Positions 25,390 through 39,914 of a stretch of DNA of 64,000 nucleotides are shown piece after piece. A program made the translations under genes and the position numbers. Origin of the DNA: Hemiscyllium ocellatum (Eukaryota). Positions within the stretch are counted from its first letter, which is position 1. Each line of letters begins with the position of its first letter. The notes beneath the pieces are model-generated. The model did no database searches and had not been told where the DNA came from. It saw nothing but the letters and a program-made list of their open reading frames with translations. Where the stretch lies: contig NC_083449.1 of NCBI RefSeq assembly GCF_020745735.1, positions 8,964,923 through 9,028,922 on the forward strand, in the 5' to 3' direction.

Positions 25390-28200
25390 GGAACTCATTG
25401 AGAACTTCGCTCTCACAGTCACACAGCAGAAATTGACATGTATACATCAAATCCTAAACTCTGGTATGAACACAACCGAAACTGACAGACATTGATTGAT
25501 ATCTACTTTCGCATATTCGCATTGCAGCAACTGTAAGGGAGAGAACAATAATCATGGACACACCTATGACAGGTACAGGTTGATAACTAGACTAACACAT
25601 TCGCATAGCAAAACCTGACAGGTACAGTATGATAAATGAATTTGCACATTTATAAACAAGAAGCTGATAGATACAAATTAATAACTGCACTCTCAGATGC
25701 ACAGAGCAGAATCTGACAGGGACAAGTTGGTTAATAACTCTCACATACAGGTGACAGTAAATTTCAGAGAAAGATTGATAACTACACTCATATTCATAAA
25801 GCAGAAACTGACTGGGATAGATTGATTATGCTTCCAATTTCAAATCACATAAATTGACGTGTACACTTTGATAATGACACTCACATATTCACAGAGAAGA
25901 AACTGACAGGCAGAGATTGATAACAAAACAAACATTAGTGGAAAATTCACAGGTCTGGCAGCATTTCAGGTCGAGTGACCAGTCTTCAGAACTGATGGTG
26001 GCAAAGATATTGCACACAATGTGGACTCCTCTATGTTGGGGAAACTGAATGTAGATTGGGTGTCCACTGTGCAGAATACCTACATTCTGTCCAGACAAAA
26101 AGACCTTGCATGCCACTTCAACACACCACCCTGTTCGCTGTCTCAGGCTCGCTGCAGTGCTCCAGCGAAGCTCAGTGCAAGCTGGAAGAACGGCACCCCA
26201 TTTTCTGCTTGGGACCTCGACAGACTTGTGGACTCAATATTGAGTTCAACAACTGCAGGGCTTGAGCTCTCCCATGTCATTACCCAAAACCCCACATGTC
26301 TGGCCTTGTTAACATATAGTCTGCTATTATACACCATCAATTGTTAGCCACAAACAGGCCGTATTAATAGGCTATTTAACCACTTAGTCTGGCAGTTATC
26401 CACCCCTTTGTCTGTCCTACTGTTCTTCTCTTTCTTTGGACTCTATCTCCATCTGTCTTTTACGCGTCGCCCTTCCACTCACCCTATCTTCTGTATAAAA
26501 ACTAATATTTTCCGAGCTACCACCAGAAAATACAGAAGTTTGAATACACCACCCAACAAACTCAAGAACAGATTCTCTGCTGTTATCAGACCTTTGAATG
26601 AACTGCTCAAATTTTAAGGCAAAAGTGGGTACTGCAGATGCTGGAGATTAGAGTGGTGCTGGAAAAGCACAGCAGGTCAGACAGCATCCAAGGAGCAGGA
26701 ATATCGACGTTTCGGACATTCCTAATGAAAGGCTTTTGCCCAAAACGTCTATTTTCCTGCTCCTCGGATGCTGCCTGACCTGCTGTGCTTTTCCAGCACC
26801 GCTCTAATCTTGCTCAATTTTTAATGTTAATCTCTGTCTCTTTGAAGTTTTAATACTGTATTGCAGATTCTGTTCTGTTAACCTGATGCATTTTTTATAA
26901 TAATACCTGCCTGTAAAGTACACAAAACAATACTTTCCATTGTATATCAGTGCGTGTAACAATAATAAATCAGATCAAATCAAATTGATAACTACACTCT
27001 TAATCTGAGAGGTACAGGTTGATAACTACAGTCACACAAACTGACGGGAAAAGATGAATAAATACACTCAAATACTGACATTACAGAGCCTGACACACAA
27101 ATAGATAACTAAACTCTCACATTCACAAAGCAGAAACTGACAGTGACAGGTGAAAACTCAGCTCACACGTTCACATAGTAGAAACTGGAAGGATTGACAA
27201 TTAAACAATCATATTCTCCAGGTAGAAACTGACAGCTACAGATTGACAACTATATTTATGTATTCACACGGCAGAGACTGAAAGATGCAGATTGACAGTT
27301 ACACTCACTTTGACAAAGAAGAAAATGACAGGTAGAGAATGGTAACTATAATCCCACATTCACATCACTGAAACAGCTACAGTTTGATTAATACACCCAC
27401 ATTCACAGAGCAGAAGCTGATGGGTACTGATCAATAACTGTATTCACATATTGACAGGGAAGAAACTGACAGGGACAGATTGGTATCTACACTGTCATAT
27501 TTACATAGTAGAAACAGATTGACAATGGTGTCAAATAGCAAAACCTGACAGGTACTGTTTGATAATTGCTCTCCCGTATTGATATAGCTTAAACTTGCAG
27601 GTAGAGATCATACCTACATTCTCACGGAATAACTAATGGATACAAATTGATGACTGCACTTAATATTCATACAGCAGAAACTGACAGGTAGAGACTAATA
27701 TCGATACTCTGATTCTCATAACTGAAACTGACAGGTTCAGGTTGATAACTACACTCTCAGACACACAGCAGAAACTGTTAGGGACAGATTGGTAAGCAAA
27801 CACACACACTCACAGGGCAGAAACTGACAGGTATATATAGATAACTAAACTCGCATATCCACATCAGAGAAACACATAGGGACTGATCCTGTTTATTTAA
27901 AATGTATGAAATGTATTTATCAACCAGTCCCTGACAGTTTCCTCCATGTGGATACACGAGTTCAGTTATCAATCTGCACCTATAGGTTTATGCTATGTGA
28001 ATGTATGAGTGTAGTTATCAGTTTATCTCTATTTGTCTTTGTGATGAGAAAATGTAAATATATTTACCAGAGAGTGACAGTGACAGATTGATAACTGCAT
28101 TCACTCGCATATTTTTACAGATTTTGCTGATTGATAATTACAGTTTGATAATGACACTCCGATATTCACAGAGCAGCATTTAACAGGTACATGTTGATTG
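25390..28200. repeat. ~47-bp degenerate satellite, right arm (interrupted by Penelope and Rex1 fragments at ~25925-26985)
   Basis: Recurring gcagaaactgacaggta.agattgataactacac. Confidence 0.85.
26618..26810. mobile_element. Short palindromic Penelope-tail element, 14-bp TSD
   Basis: Inverted arms ~26646-26715 and ~26740-26810; TSD tgctcaaattttaa and tgctcaatttttaa. Confidence 0.8.
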
Positions 28201-28479
28201 TCCTCACACATTCACTGAGCTATGGATAGATAAGGAACTTTCATATCCAGACATGCACTTACATTAGATTATCCCATTTGTAGAGGTGTTGGTTAGTATC
28301 TGGTCCTCAGTGAATTGGTACAGATTTTTTTGATACAGTCACCAAAGAGCAGCTCAGGCCAAGAATAGAATCAGCCCTGTGGAATTGTTGCCTTAAAGGA
28401 AGCACAGCCTAATGATTATTAAATTATTTCATTGACTTAATGTTGGTTTACAGATGATGTCTCTTCTGTCTTCCTCCAG

Positions 28480-28560
28480 ACAATTGCTTGAAGGACCAAG
28501 ATAGTGTAACACGTCCTCAGTACAAAGCCAACTGTGATCAGTTCCTTCTAACAAACAGAG
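28480..28560 (+). other. Putative internal exon (81 nt), module copy B, right arm
   Basis: ctcttctgtcttcctccag acceptor, GAG|GTATGT donor. Confidence 0.5.
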
Positions 28561-28760
28561 GTATGTTACTGCTGTCAGACTGAAGAACATCCTTTCCATA
28601 GTTATAGAGCAGGTAGAATTAGACACACATTGACTCAATTTCCAGAGAGAAATTTTCAAATCAAGAGTCAGATATCACAGAGGAATTACAATTTTTTTCT
28701 CTCTCTCACCATTCTTTATGTACACTATCCCACTTCGAATAATTGTTATAGTTCACAGCC

Positions 28761-29950
28761 ATAGAGTTATAGAGATGTACAGCACAGAAACAGACCATTC
28801 GGTCTGACTAGGTATCTGAAACGAATCACATCCCATTTGCTAACACTCGTGCTGTTGCCAGCACTTGGCCCAGATCCCTCTAAACCGTTCTTATTCATGT
28901 ATGCGTCCAGATGCCTTTTAAATGTTGGAATTGTTCCAGCCTCCACCACTTCTTCTGGCAGCTCATTCCATACATACACCACCACCTGCATAAAAAAGTT
29001 TCCCCTTAGGTACTTGTTAAATCTTGCCCCTCTCACCTGAAACCTATGCCCTCTAGTTCTGGACTCCTCCAGCTCAGGGAAGATACCTTGTCTGTTTAGC
29101 CTATACATGATCCTCCTGATTTTATAATCTCTATAAGGTCACCCCCTCTGCCTCCAACACTCCAGGGAAAACAGGCCCAGCCTCTTCAGCCTGTCCCTTT
29201 CACTCGAACACTCCAACCCTGGTAACAATTTTATAGATCTTTTCTGAATGTTTCAAGTTTCCAATCGGAAGGAGATCAGAATTGCACACAATATTACAAA
29301 AGTGGCTGAACCAATTACCTGTACAGCCTCAACATGAAGTCCAAACCCCTATACTCTAGGCTCGGACCAATAAAGAACGGCATACTAAATGCTTTCTTCA
29401 TTATCCTATTAACCACGACTCCACTTTCAAGGAACGATGAACTGCACTCCAAGGTCTGTTTGTTCAGCAATATTCCCCAGGACCTTACCGTTAAGTCTAT
29501 AACTCCTGTTGATGTGCCTTTCCGAAATGCAGCACCTCAAATTTATCTGAATTAAACACCATCTGCCAGTGCTCAGCCCAGAGCCCCATCTGATCAAGAT
29601 CCTGTTGTACTCTGAGGGAACCTTCTTTGTTGTCCACTACACTGCCAAATTTGATGTCATCTGCAAACATTTTATGTTCACATTCAAATCATTCTTATAA
29701 ATGATAAAAAAGCAGTGTACCCTGCACCGATCCTTGTAACACACCACTGATCACAGTGTCCAGTCTGAAATACAACCCTCCACAACCACCCTCTGTCTTC
29801 CCCGTTCAAATCAACTGTGTCCAAATTGCTAGCTCTCCCCGATTTTCATGTGATCTAACTTTGTTAACCAGACTGCAATGGAGGTAATGTGTTAAACATC
29901 TTACTGAAGTCCATATAGATCCCATCCACCGCTCTACTCTCAACAATCAT
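28761..29950 (-). mobile_element. CR1 LINE 3' fragment
   Basis: RTRGHRF...WNELPEEVVEAGTI.TFKRHLD; 3' end at the position matching 1826. Confidence 0.9.
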
Positions 29951-29954
29951 CCAG

Positions 29955-31955
29955 TCAAAGAGACCTTTGTTCCAACTTTCCATGCTGACCAGCTACCCCA
30001 ACCCAATCTAGTCCCACATGCCAACACTCAGCCCATATCCCTCCAAACTCTTCCTATTCATATGCCCATTCAGATGCTTTTTAAAAGTTGCAATTGTACT
30101 AGCCTCCACCACTTCCTCTGGCAGCTCATTCCATGCATGTACCACCCTCTGCATGAAAACCTTTCCACTTAGATCTCTTTTATATCTCTTCCATTTTTTC
30201 CCTAAACCTATTCCCTCTAGTTCTGGACTTCCCTATCCCAGGGAACATACCTTTTCCATGTCACTCTTGATTTTATAAACGTCTGTAAGGTCACTCCTCA
30301 GCCTCTGACGTTCCAAGTAAAAACAGCCTATTCAACTTCTCCTAGCCTAAATCCTCCAACCCTGGCAACATCCTTGTTAATCTTTTCTGAACACCTTCAA
30401 GTTTGACAGTATCCTTCTGATAGGAAGGAGACCGGAACTGTATGCAATATTCCAACAGTGGCCTAACCAATGTCTTGTACAACCGCAACATGTACTTAAA
30501 AGTCTGACCAATAAAGAACAGCATACCAAATTCTTCTTCACTATCTTATCTACCTGTGACTCTACTTTCAGGGAACTATGCACCTGCACTCCAAAGTCTC
30601 TTTGTTCAGCAACATTCCCTAGGAGTTTAACATTAAGTCCTGCTAAGATTTGCTTTCTCAAAATGCAGCACCTTGCATTTATCTGAATTAAACTCCATCT
30701 GCCACTTCTCAGCCCATTGGCCCATCTGATCAAGATCCTTTTGTAATCGGAGGTAACCTTCTTCGCTGTCCTCGTCACTCTAATTTTGGTGTCATCTGCA
30801 AATTTACTTACTATACCTCCTATGCTCACATCCAAATCATTTACATAATTTACAAAAAGTAGTGGACCCAGCACCCCACTGGTCACTGGCCTCCAGTCTT
30901 AAAAACAACCCTCCATTCCTACCCTCTGTCTTCTATCTTTGAGCCAGTTCTGTATCCAAAATAGTAAGTTCTCCCTGTATTCCATGAGATCGAACTTTGC
31001 TAACCCGTCTCCCATGGGGAAATCCTCTTCGTTTCTTATTCAAAAATCTCCATTTAGTTTGTGTGCCATGCACAAAACCATGTTCGCTGTCCCGAATCAG
31101 TCCTTGACTGTCAAAATACGTGCAAGTTCTGTCCCTCAGGATTCCCTCCAACATCTTGCCCAACACTGATGGCAGGCTCACCAGCCTAAAGTTCCCTGGC
31201 TTTTCCTTATCGCCTTTCTTAAATAGTAGCACCACGTTAGCCAACCTCTAGTCTTCTGGCACCTCACCTGTGACTATCGATGTTAAAAAATATCTCGGCA
31301 AGGGACACACCCAAACACTTCCGTAACTTCCCAAAGAGTTCTATGATATGCCTGATCAGGTCCTGGGGATTTAACCACATTTATGCATTTCAAGACATCC
31401 ACTACTTCTTTCTCTGTAATATGAACATCTTTCAAGATGTCACCATCTATTTCCCCACATTCTATATCTTCCATGGCCTTCTCCACAGTAAACAGTGATG
31501 CAAAATACTCTTTTAGTATCTCCCCCATCTCCTGTGGCTACACATAAAGGCCCCCTTGCTGATCATTGAGGGGCCCTAATCTCTCCCTCGTTACCCTTTT
31601 TGTTCTTGATGTAAACATAAAATCCCTTGGGATTCTCCTTAACCCTAATTTCCAAAGCTATCTCATGTCCCCTTTTTGCCCTCCTGATTTCCCTCTAAGT
31701 ATACTCCTACTGCCTTTTCCTCTTCTAAGGATTCACTCGATCTCTGCTGTCTATATCTGACATATGTTTCCTTTTTTCTCTGGACCAAAACCTCAATTTC
31801 TCCGTCATCCAGCATTCCCTACACTTTCCCCCTAACAGGAACAGACTGTCTCTGGACTCTCATTATCCCATTTTTGAAGGTTTCCCATTTTCCAGCCGTC
31901 CCTTTACCTGCGAACATCTGCCTCTAATCAGCTTTTGAAAGTTCTTGCCTAATTG
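29955..31955 (-). mobile_element. CR1 LINE ORF2 fragment
   Basis: [45 protein letters not shown]. Confidence 0.92.
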
Positions 31956-31990
31956 TCAAGCCCATTGATATTTTACACCATTTTGCAAGG

Positions 31991-32306
31991 TTAGATTAGA
32001 GTAGATTAGATTACTTACAGTGTGGAAATAGGCCCTTCGGCCCAATAAGTCCACACCGAGCCGCCGAAACGCAACCCATCCGTACCCCTAAATTTACCCC
32101 TTCCTAACACTACGGGTAATTTAGCATGGCCAATTCACCTGACCCGCACATCTTTGGACTGTGGGAGGAAACCGGAGCACCCAGAGGAAACCCACGCAGA
32201 CACGGGGAGAACGTGCAAACTGCAGACAGTCAGTCGCTTGAGGTTGGAATTGAACCCGGGTCTCTGGCGCTTTAAGGCAGGAGTGCTAACCACTGTGCCA
32301 CCATGC
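31991..32306 (-). mobile_element. HE1-type V-SINE, full length
   Basis: Same structure as 2787-3102. Confidence 0.92.
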
Positions 32307-32605
32307 TGAATTGTTATCTGAAATAGATGCACAGGAAAGGCATTAAATCTACATTTAATGTGACATTTATAAAATTAAAATCAAGATGGAAAATAAAATC
32401 AGACTGTAACATCATTTCAAAAAGCATATATAACACAGATGTTAAATACAGAGATAGAAGGAAACCAGACAAAAGACACCAGTTTACAGGATGAAAAAGT
32501 TTATTAGTGATTGGGCAGGACAGAGTTAACGCTTTAATGAATGGTTGTCACATGACAATTAAACAATGTGAATTCCAAACACCCATTCTCTGCCAAAGCC
32601 TGACA

Positions 32606-32763
32606 AGTAAAATTGCAGATGCTGGAGGCTGGAAACAAATGTAGAAATTGCTGGAAAAACTCAGCACATCTGGCAGCATCCATTGATAGAAAGCACAGTT
32701 AATGTATTAGGGCCAGTGACTGTTATTCAGAACTGAATTTCTCCAGGAATTTCTAATGTTGTT
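32606..32763. mobile_element. Old short Penelope-tail element
   Basis: gcagatgctgg...gctggaaaaactcagc..tctggcagcatc; flanking cctgaca direct repeat. Confidence 0.55.
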
Positions 32764-33260
32764 CCTGACAGTGGAAAATAATTACTGCAGACACACACAG
32801 CAACTGACTAATTGAGAATTAGTTCAAAATACAAACACTGTAACTGCAGAGCAGGACTAATAGTTATGGAGTTCCATATATACTGCAGCCAACAGGAAAT
32901 GATCCAGTCGAGGTGAATATCACTCTCACATGGAGTCATTGTGGTCTGCAGCAGTCAGAGACATCCAGCTAACAATTCTACTCCCACTCAGACAGCATCC
33001 CATTTCCAACAATGTATCATTGTGGCAGAAGGGCTGCCATCCCCACCATTAGCACAGATTTTTTTTATGACTCCATCTTCACCAAAAATGCTTCTTGTGC
33101 CATTATTTCAAATTACCTTTCATTTTCTACAAATAGCCCTGCATTCCTATGAAGTCTGATATAAAACACAAGAAAACTCTTAGCATTTTCACAAATATTC
33201 AATGCGATCACATATTCATAATTTGAAACAGTGGAGTAGGAAAGATTTAGTGAGATAATA

Positions 33261-36200
33261 GAACACAGAACATGACAGCACAGTACACTATTCCATTTTC
33301 ATCCATATGTTTATCCAATGACCATTTAAATGCCCGTAAAGTTGGCGAGTCTACGACACTTGCAGGCAGAACATTCCACACCTCTACTACTGAGTAAAGA
33401 ACCTACTCTGACATTTGTTTTATATTTATCACCCCTCATGCGAGCCATCACCATCGGAGGAATAAGGCTCTCACTGCCCACACTATCTAACCTTCTGATT
33501 ATTTTAAGTGTCTCTATGAAGCCACCTCTCCACCTTCTTCTCTCTAATGAAGCCTCATGTCCCTCAGCCTTTCCTCATAAGACATTCCCTCCAGACCAGG
33601 CAACATTCCAGTAAATCACCTCTGAACCCTTTCCAAAGCTTCCACATCCTTCCTGTGATGCGGTGACAAGAAGTAGATGCAATTTTCCAAGTACGACCAC
33701 ACCAGAGTTTTGTAGAGCTGCAGCATGACCTCATGGGTCCAAAACTCAATCCCTCTCCTAAAAAAAGCTAACACATCTTATGCCTTCTTAACAACCCTAT
33801 CAACCTGGGTGGCAACTTTCAGGGAGCTATGTACATGTACACAGAGATCTTTCTGCTCGTGTACACTGCCAAGAACCTTACCATTAGCCCCATACTCTTT
33901 ATTCCTATTGCTCTTTTAAAAGTGAATAATCTTACACTTTTCCATATTAAACTCCATTTGCCACATCTCAGCCCAGCTGTGCAGCTTACCTATGTCCTCC
34001 TGTAACCTGCAACATCCTTCAGCACTGTCCACTGACCTTAGTGTCATCCGCAAATTTTCAAACCGATCCTCCTACACCCTCACCCAAAACAGATCCTTGC
34101 GATACACCACTAGTAACTGACTGCAGGATGAACATTTCCTATCATCCACCACCCTCTGTCTTCTTTCAGCTAGCCAATCTCTGAGCGAAGCTGCTAAATC
34201 ACCCTCAATCCCATGCCTCCATGTTTTGTGCAGTAGCCTACATTTGGGAACCTTAATGAAAACACCGAATCAAACACCTTACTGAAATCCACATACATTG
34301 CATCAACTGCTTTATCTTCATCCACCTATTTGGTCGCCTTCTTAAAGAACTCAATAAGGCTTGTGAGGCACGACCTACCCTTCACAAAACTATATTGACT
34401 ATTCCCAAACAACTTGTTCTGATCGAGATGATTATAAATCATCTAGCCTTTTCTAGCTTTTTCCAACACTTTATCCACACCCAAAGAAAGGCTCACTGAT
34501 CTATAATTACCAGGGTGGTCCATACTCCCCTTCTTGAACAAGGGGACAACACTTGCTTTCTTCCAGTCTTCTGACACTATTCCTGTACACATAAAGATAA
34601 AAGCCAAAGGCTCTGCAATCTCCTCCCTGGCTTCCCAGAGAATCCTAGGATCAATCCTATCTGGCCCAGAGGTTTATCTATTTTCACAATTTGCAGAATT
34701 GCTAACACATCCTCCTTGTGAACCTTATATCCCATCTAGTCTAGTAGCCTGTCACTCAGTATTGTCCTCGACAACATTGTTTTTTGCCAGTGTGAATACT
34801 GATCGAAAATATTCATTTAGCGCTTCAGCTACCTCCTCAGGCACAACACATAACTTCCCACCCCTGTCCTTGATTGGCCCAAATCTTATTGTAGTCATTC
34901 TTTTGTTCCTGATGTTGCTATAGAAAGCTTTAGGATTTTCCTTAATTCTATCTGCCAAAGACTTCTCTTGTCCCCTCCTGGCTCTTCTTAGTTCTCTCTT
35001 TCGGTCTTTCCTGGCTAGCTTGTAACTCTCAAGCACCTTAGCTGTGCCTTCACATCTCATCGTAACATAGCCTTCTTCTTCCTCTTGACAAGAGATCAAC
35101 TTCCTTAGTAAACGAAGGCTGCCTCACTCGTCCAGTTCCTCCCTGCCTGACAGATACACATTAACCAAGGACACACAGTAGCTGTTCCTTGAATAAGCTC
35201 CACATTTCATTTGTGCCATCCCCTGCGGTTTCCTTTCCCATCCTATGCATCATAAATCTTGCCCACTCGCACCATAATTGCCTTTTCCCCCAGTTATGAA
35301 TCTTGCCCTGTGGTATATACCTATTCCTTTCCTTCACTAAAGTAAACATAACTAAATTGGTGTCACGCTCACCAAAGTGCTCACCTACCTCCAAATCGAC
35401 CATCTGGCCGGGTTCATTACCCAGTACTAAATCCATTGTTGCCTCGCACCTGGTTGGCCTGTCTACATACTGTGTCAGGAAACCCTTCTGCACACATTGG
35501 ACAAAAACTGACCCATTTTCAGTCAATATTTTGAAAATTTAAAGTCTCCCAGAACAACTACCCTGTTACATTGACTCTTATTCCAGAATCATCTTTACAA
35601 TCCTTTCCTCTACATCTCTGGAACTATTCTGAGGCTTATAGAAAACTCCCAACAGAGTGACCTCTCCTTTCCTGTTTCTAACCTCAGCCAATACTTCCTC
35701 ATTAGATGAGTCCTCATGCATCCTTTCTGCCACTGTAATACAGTCCTTGACTAACAATACCCCACCTCCCCTTCTTTTGCCATCTTCTCTGTTCATACTG
35801 AAACATCTAAATCCCGGAACCTATGACAACCATTCCTGTCCCTGCTTGATCCATGTGTCAGATATAGTGACAACCTCAAAGTCCCAGATAGCAACCCATG
35901 CTAAAAGTTCACCCAGCTTAATCTGCATGCTCCTAGCATTGAAGTAGACACACTTCAAACTACCTTTCTGTTTGCTGGTGCACTCCTGTGACATTGAAAC
36001 CATATTTCTGACCTCACTATGCTCAACCTTTGGAAACAGGAACAACAATTTAGGTTCCCATCCCCCTATTGAATTTGTTTAAACCCTCCCGAAGAACATT
36101 AGCAAACTTCCCCAGGATATTGGTACCCCTCTGCTTCAGGTGTAGACCGTCATGTTTGTAGAAGTCCCACCTACCCTAAGGTCCCTTTTTCCTCAGGTAT

Positions 36201-36800
36201 CCAAAACTCTCCCTCCCACCCCACCCCTTTAGGTACATGTTGAAATCCTCCCTTCCCTATTCTCCGCCTTGCTAGCATGTGGCATGGGCAACTAGCCAGA
36301 GATAACAACTCTGCTTGTTCTAGCTCCAAGCTTCCACCCTAGCTCCCTGACTTTCGGCCTTAAATCAGCATCCCTTGGCCTATTTATGTTGTTAGTGCCT
36401 TTGTGGACCATGACTTGGGCAGCTCCCGCTCCTCCTCAAGGATCCCAAAAACACGATCTGTGACATCATGAACCCTGGCACCTGGGAGGCACCACTCCGA
36501 CCATGAGTCTCTCTCTTTCCCACAGAACATCCTATCTGTCCCTTTAACTATGGAGAACCCAAATGACTAATGCCCTGTTCCTCTCCCAGCTTCACATCTG
36601 AGCAATAGACTCTGTGCCAGAGACTTACTGGTAAGTGTGCCCCACACCAACACTATCTGAAACGCAACTATCTTGTTGCGAAGGAGAATAGCAACAGGGG
36701 ATCCCTGCGCTGTCTGCTAGTTTCCTTTCAGTCCCTGACTGTAACCCATTGGCCATTTTCTTGTCCCTGAGGTGTGACTATCTCCCTGTAACTCCTCACA
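33261..36800 (-). mobile_element. Near full-length decayed CR1 LINE
   Basis: ORF1 esterase remnants, LKCVYFNARS endonuclease, QYVDRPTR, KENPKAFY, RT; (GTTCT)-type tail. Confidence 0.92.
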
Positions 36801-37084
36801 GGATAAGGGAGCTGACTAGAGCTGCTCATTTTATCTTTTTGCGAGTAGAATTCAACAGTTTCATTTTTCAAAAAGCTTAGTTTGACTGTTGCACTTTCCT
36901 CCACTGCTTGAGAGAAAATCAAAGTCTTTCTCCCTTCCTCCTCCTCTCCGTAGAGCCACATATGTGTCCCAATAATGGGGAGCACCATCACAATACAGAG
37001 CAGGGTAATTAACACCTACCTTTACTTTAACAGTCTTCAAATACTTAAATCACTGTGCACTGAGAAAGAAATACTAATTCTGAC

Positions 37085-38603
37085 CTTGATCAGGTAGATC
37101 AGTGGGCCCAAGAAGTGGCAGATGCAATTTTGTTTGGATACATGTGAGGTGTTAGATTTTGATAAGACAAACCATTTGATGGTGGGGTCTTGGGGATTGT
37201 TGCTGAACAATGAGACCAAGGGGCGCAGGTGCATATTTCCTTGAAAGTAGAGTCACCGGTGGACAGGGCATTGAAGAAGCCATTGGGCATGTTTGTCTTC
37301 ATTGGTTAGAACATTGAATGTATGAGTTGAGCTGTCAGATTGTCCGTGATGCCACTTTTGCGAGATTGCATACAATGCTCATCACCCTTCACCAGGAAGG
37401 ATGTTTTAAACTTGAGATGGTGCAGAAAACATTTAAAAGGATTTTATGGTTATAGAGTCATAGAAACAGACCCTTCAGTCCACCATGCCCATGATGTCCA
37501 ACAAACACCAAACTGCATTCATCCCATTTACCTGCACTTGGCCAATAGCCGTCCATGCCCTGGTTTCTTAAGGGCACATCCAGATACTGCTTCAATGCTG
37601 AGAGAGTATTCCATCACACTCTCAGGCAGCATATTACAAACTGTACCCACCATCTACCTCAAAATATTTTTCTTAGATATCTGCCAAACTACTTTACCCA
37701 CAACTTCAACTTGTGCCCCCTGGTCTCAGACACATCTGTCAAGGAGAGAAAGCTTCTCACAATCTACTCTGTCTGCATCTCTCACAGTTTAGTATATGTC
37801 AGTCAGATCCTCCCTCAACCTCCTCTGCTCCAAGGAAACCAAACCCAGCTCATACACAGTCTCCCCTTTTGATGGAAACTTTCCAACCCACTACATCGGC
37901 TGCAGTAAATCCCATCTTTTAGAATTGTGTGACAATCAGAACTGCACACAGTAGTTGATCTGTTTTATAAAGGTGGAATAGGACTTCCTTGCTCTTATAT
38001 TGAAAAGCTGTATGCCTTCTTCAGCAGCCTGTCTGCCTGTGCTGACATCTTCTGGGATCTATAGACTTGTACACCAAGGTCCCTTTGGTCCTCAGTACTC
38101 CCTCGGGACCAATCCTTCATTGTGTAATTCTTTCCCTATTAGACAACCCAAAATGCATTACTTCACATTTATCAGGATTAAATTCCATCTGCCATTGCAG
38201 TGCCCAATGTCCTCATACCGTAGCCTGAGACCGTCCCCCTCACTGTCAACAACGCCACCAACTCTCATGTCACAGAACAAAGAACAATACAGCACAGGAA
38301 CAGGTCCTTTGCACACCAAGACTGCACTAAAATATTTAACACTTCCACATGAAAACTTCATCAGCAGGCTTAATAATTATATTTTCTATATTCACATCCA
38401 ATTGTTAATACGTACTTAACAAGCAGCAAGGGTCCCAGCATTGATCCCTGTGGTTCACTGCTGGTCACAGGCTTCCAGTCACAAATGCAACCCTCCACTA
38501 TCATAGTTTGCATCCTGTCTGCAAGCTAATGTCAGATCCAGTTTGCTTACGACTCCAAGAGCCAATCTTGGACCAGTCTTTTATATGGGACTTTGTCAAA
38601 GGC
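37085..38603. mobile_element. CR1 fragments (plus ~37085-37450, minus ~37450-38603; the latter resumes at 39850-39910)
   Basis: CR1 RT C-terminal and 3' tail sequence in both orientations. Confidence 0.75.
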
Positions 38604-39849
38604 TGTAGGGGTGGCCTGTACCAGGCCAGATAGAGTGGCCCATGTCTGTTAACACAAACTGGTGTATGAGTGTAAAATAGAATTAAACAGCAGGTTGTGA
38701 ATCAGAATGGCAGGCAGAATCTAAGCTATACAGCCCACTCACATACCAATAAGGTAAAATGATACCATTGAACAAGCCACTCCAAGGACCCAGCCTGTTC
38801 CCATTCAAAACCGTTCTGACAAGCAGACCAAAGGTCCGATAAATGAGTAACTCCAGCCACGTTAAATGAAAGGGTAATTGTCCCAGTTAATGAACAATCA
38901 CCAGGTGGTAGTTACACCCATTAATCCACTAAAACAGCTGAGGGTGCAATAGCTAAAGTTAATTTACAGTACTCAATTTCTTTAAGTAAGTTTGAATATT
39001 ATGAAAAATTCTCGTTAAATGTCTTAGCATCGTCACAGTAGTTTTCAACATAAAAAAAGGTGCGTAATACCAAAGCATAAAGAGGAAAAGAAGCATTTAA
39101 ACCTGGAAGTGAAGGTTAGTTAGCTTTAGGTAACGCCTTCTTTTACACCCAGAACAAAATAGATTGCTCACAGCCCATTAATCACAAAGTGCTAACAGTT
39201 GGGGCAAATAAATTACTACACACTTTGTAACTAACATTTTATAATAAAAATTAAAATTACAAGTCTATGGCAAGTAAGTCAAAACAAGATGTCCTTTGTT
39301 TTTTTCTTCATATATTCCCCACTGTCCTAATTATATCAGAGGAACAATTGAACTTGATAAAATGGAATACAATGTATAGCAACATTCAACTGTCCTGAGA
39401 GACAAGCTAGCTTGAGAGAAACCTGAAGGTGTATCGCAAATAACTTTGCAATGAGAATGAATTGGATGCATAGAAAGATCACAAGGCCAAGTGATTACAA
39501 TTTCTGCTAAACTTTGAGAGGTCAAGGGATCCTGGGGCAGGCCATAGAAATGCCCATCATTGATTAGATATCTCATTGATTAGGCTAGGCAAAGTAGGGG
39601 AGAGGAACATCATAATAAAGTTGTATGTGATTGTTATCAGAAGGTTGATTAAAAATATTGATTTTTATTGTAAAATCAGAGTGTGTCATAGACCTCTGTT
39701 CTGAGGCCAGTCTCGGAGGACTGACTTTTGTCCTCTCAAAGGCCGTCTGCCTGCACGAACAGGTTTCTGGTTGAATAAACACCCACCACTTGTCTGAATA
39801 CTGCCAGCTTGCTGAGTCTTTCATCCCCGGTCGGGGTTATGCCCTGACA
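38604..39849 (+). mobile_element. Solo LTR inserted in a CR1
   Basis: TGTAGGG...CCCTGACA termini, 5-bp TSD aaggc/acggc, AATAAA near the right end, CR1 continuous across the insertion. Confidence 0.7.
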
Positions 39850-39914
39850 ACGGCCTGACTGAAGTACCTGTAAACCACGTCAACTACTCTACTCTCATCA
39901 ATATGCTTCATTGC

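Larger units (their letters stand above)
22700..28760 (+). repeat. Right arm of inverted segmental duplication
   Basis: Reverse-complement collinearity with 1830-10920, including shared SINE, Penelope, Rex1 and CR1 insertions. Confidence 0.9.

Noticed and set aside
28031-28130. Box C (GTGATGA) and box D (CTGA) suggesting a snoRNA; similar at 62031-62053
   Set aside because: No terminal stem or recognisable guide, and box C is not conserved in the paralogous arm
36728-37015. ORF with a signal-peptide-like hydrophobic start
   Set aside because: Non-ATG start, runs into CR1 ORF1 remnant, no other support
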